The position numbers and the translations under genes are program-made. Below the pieces are notes generated by a model. That model was not told the DNA's origin, ran no database searches, and saw only the letters and a list, made by a program, of their open reading frames with translations. This document shows, in pieces, positions 61,035-64,000 of a DNA stretch of 64,000 bases. The DNA is from Dehalococcoidia bacterium (GTDB lineage Bacteria > Chloroflexota > Dehalococcoidia > Plut-88900). Numbering within the stretch: position 1 is the stretch's first letter; the number at the start of each line of letters is the position of its first letter. The stretch spans positions 672,001-736,000 of the forward strand of contig CBDFLQ010000005.1 in the NCBI GenBank assembly GCA_965249275.1, written 5' to 3'.

Positions 61035-62321
61035 CTAGCGGTGGTTACGCGCCCACTTACGGACCATTCCGGGATCCGGTTCCTGTTTGAGGCAGCCTCG
61101 GGCGCCGCCTAGGCGCTGGAAGTCTCGGGAGCGCTTGGCCAGGTTTCGGCGGAAGAGGATCAGGCCCCTGTCGAGGAGGCCGAGCTTCTGGGGGCGCTCC
61201 AGGTTGATGTGCTCGGTCTTGAAGACGATGAGGTCTTCTTTTTCGTTGATTGCGACAACCCGGGCAGGCTTGTTCCAGAGGTAGTACCAGACGTCCATCC
61301 AGAACTTTCCGAGGAAGGTCTTGGGAGTCTTGCAGACGGTGAAAGTCCAGACCCGGGTGTTTTGCTCGTCGACGGGGACGCCCCATCTCAGATGCACCAG
61401 GCTGCCGATGCAAACCCTGATCTTTGTTGGCAGCTGGAGGTTGTGGTTGTAGGTGGCCCAGGCCTTTTCTCCTGTGGCGGTGGCGATCATGCCTGCGTTG
61501 GGTGTCTTAGGTGCGGAGAGCTTACGCCACCAGGTCTTTCGGGGCCATTTGCCAAGGCCGGGGTATTCTGCCTGGCCGAACTTGGCCTCGGCGGTCTTGA
61601 CCCAGATATTGTCCTCGCCTTCGGAGACGATCTCGGTGCCGCCGGTAGAGACGGACTTGGGCCGCCAGAAAGGTAAGCGGTAATCGACGAATCGCCAGAA
61701 GTTCAAGCCCCGGTGGAGGTAGAACTCGTGGTAGTCGATGCCCTGGTTCATGGGCTCGGTCCAGTTGGTTTCCCACGTCTTGACCCTGGTGTATTTACGT
61801 CCGGTGAGGGTCGAGTCGGAGAACTCGTAAGGGAGGTCCTCTTCGAAGGGGACAGGGTCGGTCTCTCCCATCCAGACCAGGACTATGCCCTGCCACTCGG
61901 CGGTGGGGTAGACGCGGGTGCGCATCTTGTTGACCAGGGGGGACTCGGTGCTCTCGATGAGGCCGGCGACGCAGTTACCCGTCTCGTCGAAAGTGTAACC
62001 GTGGTAGGGACAGGTGACGGTCCCTTCGAACTCGCAGAAGCCGCGGGAGAGTCGGGCGCCGCGGTGGGGGCACCATTCGTTGAGGGCAACTATTTTGCCG
62101 TTCTTGCCCCGGAACAGGACGAGTTCATCTCCGAGCATCTTGATGTTCTTGGGCTTGCGTCCCACTTCCTTGGTCCAGACGCAGGGGTACCAGTACTCAC
62201 GGAACCCGACCTTGGGAACGTAGTCAAAGGGGCCTATTTGCGTTGCGCCGTAGGACTCGTCCTGGACATCGGGGACGTGGACGGCTGGAATCTGTCGTTC
62301 TCTTCGTGTAGTTACTACCAT
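61035..62321 (-). CDS. Rieske [2Fe-2S] aromatic-ring oxygenase, alpha subunit
   Basis: CPHRG...CPYHG; N.GID.H...LH mononuclear iron motif; ED. Confidence 0.88.
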   Translation of the reverse strand: MVVTTRRERQIPAVHVPDVQDESYGATQIGPFDYVPKVGFREYWYPCVWTKEVGRKPKNIKMLGDELVLFRGKNGKIVALNEWCPHRGARLSRGFCEFEGTVTCPYHGYTFDETGNCVAGLIESTESPLVNKMRTRVYPTAEWQGIVLVWMGETDPVPFEEDLPYEFSDSTLTGRKYTRVKTWETNWTEPMNQGIDYHEFYLHRGLNFWRFVDYRLPFWRPKSVSTGGTEIVSEGEDNIWVKTAEAKFGQAEYPGLGKWPRKTWWRKLSAPKTPNAGMIATATGEKAWATYNHNLQLPTKIRVCIGSLVHLRWGVPVDEQNTRVWTFTVCKTPKTFLGKFWMDVWYYLWNKPARVVAINEKEDLIVFKTEHINLERPQKLGLLDRGLILFRRNLAKRSRDFQRLGGARGCLKQEPDPGMVRKWARNHR

Positions 62322-62605
62322 AGTGCCTAACCCCTCGCTAAAGATCTGCATCCGGGGACATGGGTGTGAGGATGATTCTACCAGACGTTGGGCCGGGCAA
62401 CAAAAGGGGGTTGGGGTTCAATTGTGGGGGAAGGGTGTGTGGGTGTGGGCTAGTGGGTGGTTCCTTTCTTGGGTCGGGGGAGGGGTGTGGACGCCCCGTT
62501 CGGGGCATCCACACCCTGGGCGACTGGCCGGTCGTCCCTACTGGGGAAGTGGAGAAGGGGGAGGGGAGGGGGCAAGGGGCGAGCCCCACCCCAGGGCGAC
62601 CAGCC

Positions 62606-62737
62606 GAGCCTGTCTCAAAAGTCGCCCCATGCCCCTCTTCCCGCTCTTATACGACTTGGATTCGTGCCTACGGCACCCGTCGCATTGGTCAAGAATATCC
62701 AATCGGGCTGTGTCTAACGGACTTATGAGACAGGCTC
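62606..62737. mobile_element. 132 bp MITE with IS1182-type inverted repeats, inserted in a REP
   Basis: GAGCCTGTCTCAAAAGT...ACTTATGAGACAGGCTC, 4 bp TSD AGCC. Confidence 0.85.
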
Positions 62738-62784
62738 AGCCGGTCGCCCCTACGGGGGAGGGGGCAGATAGAGGGGGAAGGGGA

Positions 62785-63535
62785 GGGGATGGAAGGTCCC
62801 GGACGGTTGCGCAAGAAGACGGCGACGCCTGTACCGATGGGTGTTGTCCGCGACAGCGGATGTTCCACATCGACGCCGGCTCTGCGACAGCCCCGTGCTT
62901 CTGAGAGGACGTGGAAGAGACGCGAGGGGATCTCGGTGTGGGGCAGTCTCGACCACCAGAAGTGCCCGACCACCCTAAGGGATGGGAGCGTGGACCCGTG
63001 ACCGGCGTTCGTAGACCGGAGTTCTCCGATGGTGACGACGGTGGAATCCCTAAATGGTGCGTTTGTTTTAAGTCGGAGGTTGTCCGACTGTTCGGACTCG
63101 CCAGCAAGGTCTAGGCCGGGGGAGTCCGGAGGTGGCGCTATGGCCCAAGGAGGAGACATGACGCTGTGCTCCGGGGCGTCGCCTGAGGAGGCGAAACGGA
63201 TGCGCCGGGTGAGTGGGGCGCGCACTTGGCAGTGGCCCTTGGAAAGGGCAAGCCAGGTTTTGTCCGGGGATCTTCCATAGCCGGTCGCGTGGACCGGGCG
63301 GGACAGTGATTGATCGCTGCGGAGGCGGAGGCGATGGGCCTTGGGGCAGCGCTTGTAGTGGGGGATGTGTGGTGGGACGTTGGATGGAAAGGGACAGGGG
63401 AGGAGGCGCGTGCCTGTGGCCGGGCGGTGGCATACCGCTCGGTTACGACGGGGCCTATGGAGGCTTGTGCGACTCATGGGACTCCTATGTCCTTTCCTTA
63501 TTAGGGCCGACGTTGGAAGAGTCGGGCCTGGGGGG
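62785..63535 (-). ncRNA. Putative structured ncRNA, divergent copy C
   Basis: Same promoter type; IR arms 62789-62804 and 63262-63278; core CGACTTAAAACA. Confidence 0.45.
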
Positions 63536-63536
63536 C

Positions 63537-63580
63537 AATATAGTACAGATGTTTTGATTTAGTCAAGGGGTTCGTGTCAC
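63537..63580 (-). promoter_or_regulatory. sigma70 promoter with LexA-like box (TTGACT-N18-TATATT; AAACatctGTAC)
   Basis: GTGACA..CCCCTTGAC upstream element shared with copies A and B. Confidence 0.7.
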
Positions 63581-63615
63581 TTTTGGGGGCGGGATGGGGA
63601 GGGAAGCCCCGCCCC

Positions 63616-63785
63616 AGATTCCTCGCGGGGCCTCGGAATGACGGGGGAGAAGGGGGTGGGGTGGGTGGGGAGGGGTGTGACGGATTGGTGGGGCGTGGGC
63701 CGCCCCCCGCTCGACCCTTCGACGGTGCTCAGGGTGAGCGGCCCCTCCCTGGGACGGATTCCCGATCGGGGTCGGGAATGACGGG
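63616..63785. repeat. REP-like palindrome cluster
   Basis: AGATTCCTCGCGGGGCCTCGGAATGAC, GCTCGACCCTTCG.., GATTCCCG..CGGGAATGAC. Confidence 0.75.
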
Positions 63786-63851
63786 TGAGCGTGGGTGGAG
63801 GGAGGGTTGTGCAGAAGCATGGGGGCGGGATAGCCTTTGGGGGGAGGAGTC

Positions 63852-64000
63852 ATGCCTGTATTAAGCGAGGGAACCGGAAGCCGTAAGGAGATTATCGGGG
63901 TGGTGCACCTGCTGGCGCTGCCTGGCAGTCCCGGCTGGCAGGGAGACCTTGACGAGGTCGTGCAGCACGCACTGCGGGATGCCGAGGCCCTGGCCCGGGG
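63852..64000 (+). CDS. BtpA/SgcQ family protein, N-terminal part
   Basis: MPV...IIGVVHLLALPGSP...ALRDAEALARG; AGGAG RBS. Confidence 0.85.
   Translation, partial: MPVLSEGTGSRKEIIGVVHLLALPGSPGWQGDLDEVVQHALRDAEALAR

Noticed and set aside
63178-63200. CTGAGGAG-GC-GAAAC resembling a hammerhead ribozyme core
   Set aside because: No stem II, no clear stems I/III or cleavage triplet; better explained as a simple hairpin
62689-63477. 262 aa ORF (MSRTSLHRP...) with an AGGAG RBS spanning element C
   Set aside because: Pro/Arg/Ser-rich with no motif, runs through a REP and the MITE, and has no equivalent frame in copies A or B; probably spurious, though not excluded
1-64000. CRISPR arrays, tRNA/rRNA genes, prophage
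   Set aside because: No regularly spaced repeat-spacer array, tRNA cloverleaf, rRNA or phage genes recognised by eye

Overview
GC-rich bacterial chromosomal window. The gene content (F420-dependent split-barrel enzymes, amidohydrolase, Rieske oxygenase, paralog expansions, GAAC-N4-GTTC-type operators, an IS1182 remnant) suggests Chloroflexota, probably Dehalococcoidia/SAR202-like; this assignment is inference. Recognisable genes include lhr, soxBDAG-metF, rnd, gyrA, nfeD-SPFH, proB/proA and mnmG. There are several toxin-antitoxin modules, tandem paralogs (carboxyltransferase x2, MFS x2, ABC solute-binding protein x3, deazaflavin nitroreductase x2) and dense REP-like palindromes. The main unexplained signal is an approximately 0.7-0.8 kb non-coding element present three times (38.2-39.0 kb, 43.8-44.6 kb, 62.8-63.6 kb). 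Each copy has an identically spaced sigma70 promoter with a LexA-like box between -35 and -10, a conserved 5' domain, and a long-range inverted repeat (ATGGAA..GA / TC..TTCCAT). The repeat encloses a hairpin-rich, sequence-variable 370-460 nt domain with a short conserved central motif. It is a candidate multicopy SOS-inducible structured ncRNA family. Other highlights are a eukaryote-type sterol C-24 methyltransferase flanked by ~100 bp direct repeats, a conserved 4-codon uORF/stem leader upstream of three tandem SBP genes, an IS1182 MITE inserted into a REP, an in-frame REP insertion in mnmG, and a single-chain triple-domain Rid protein.
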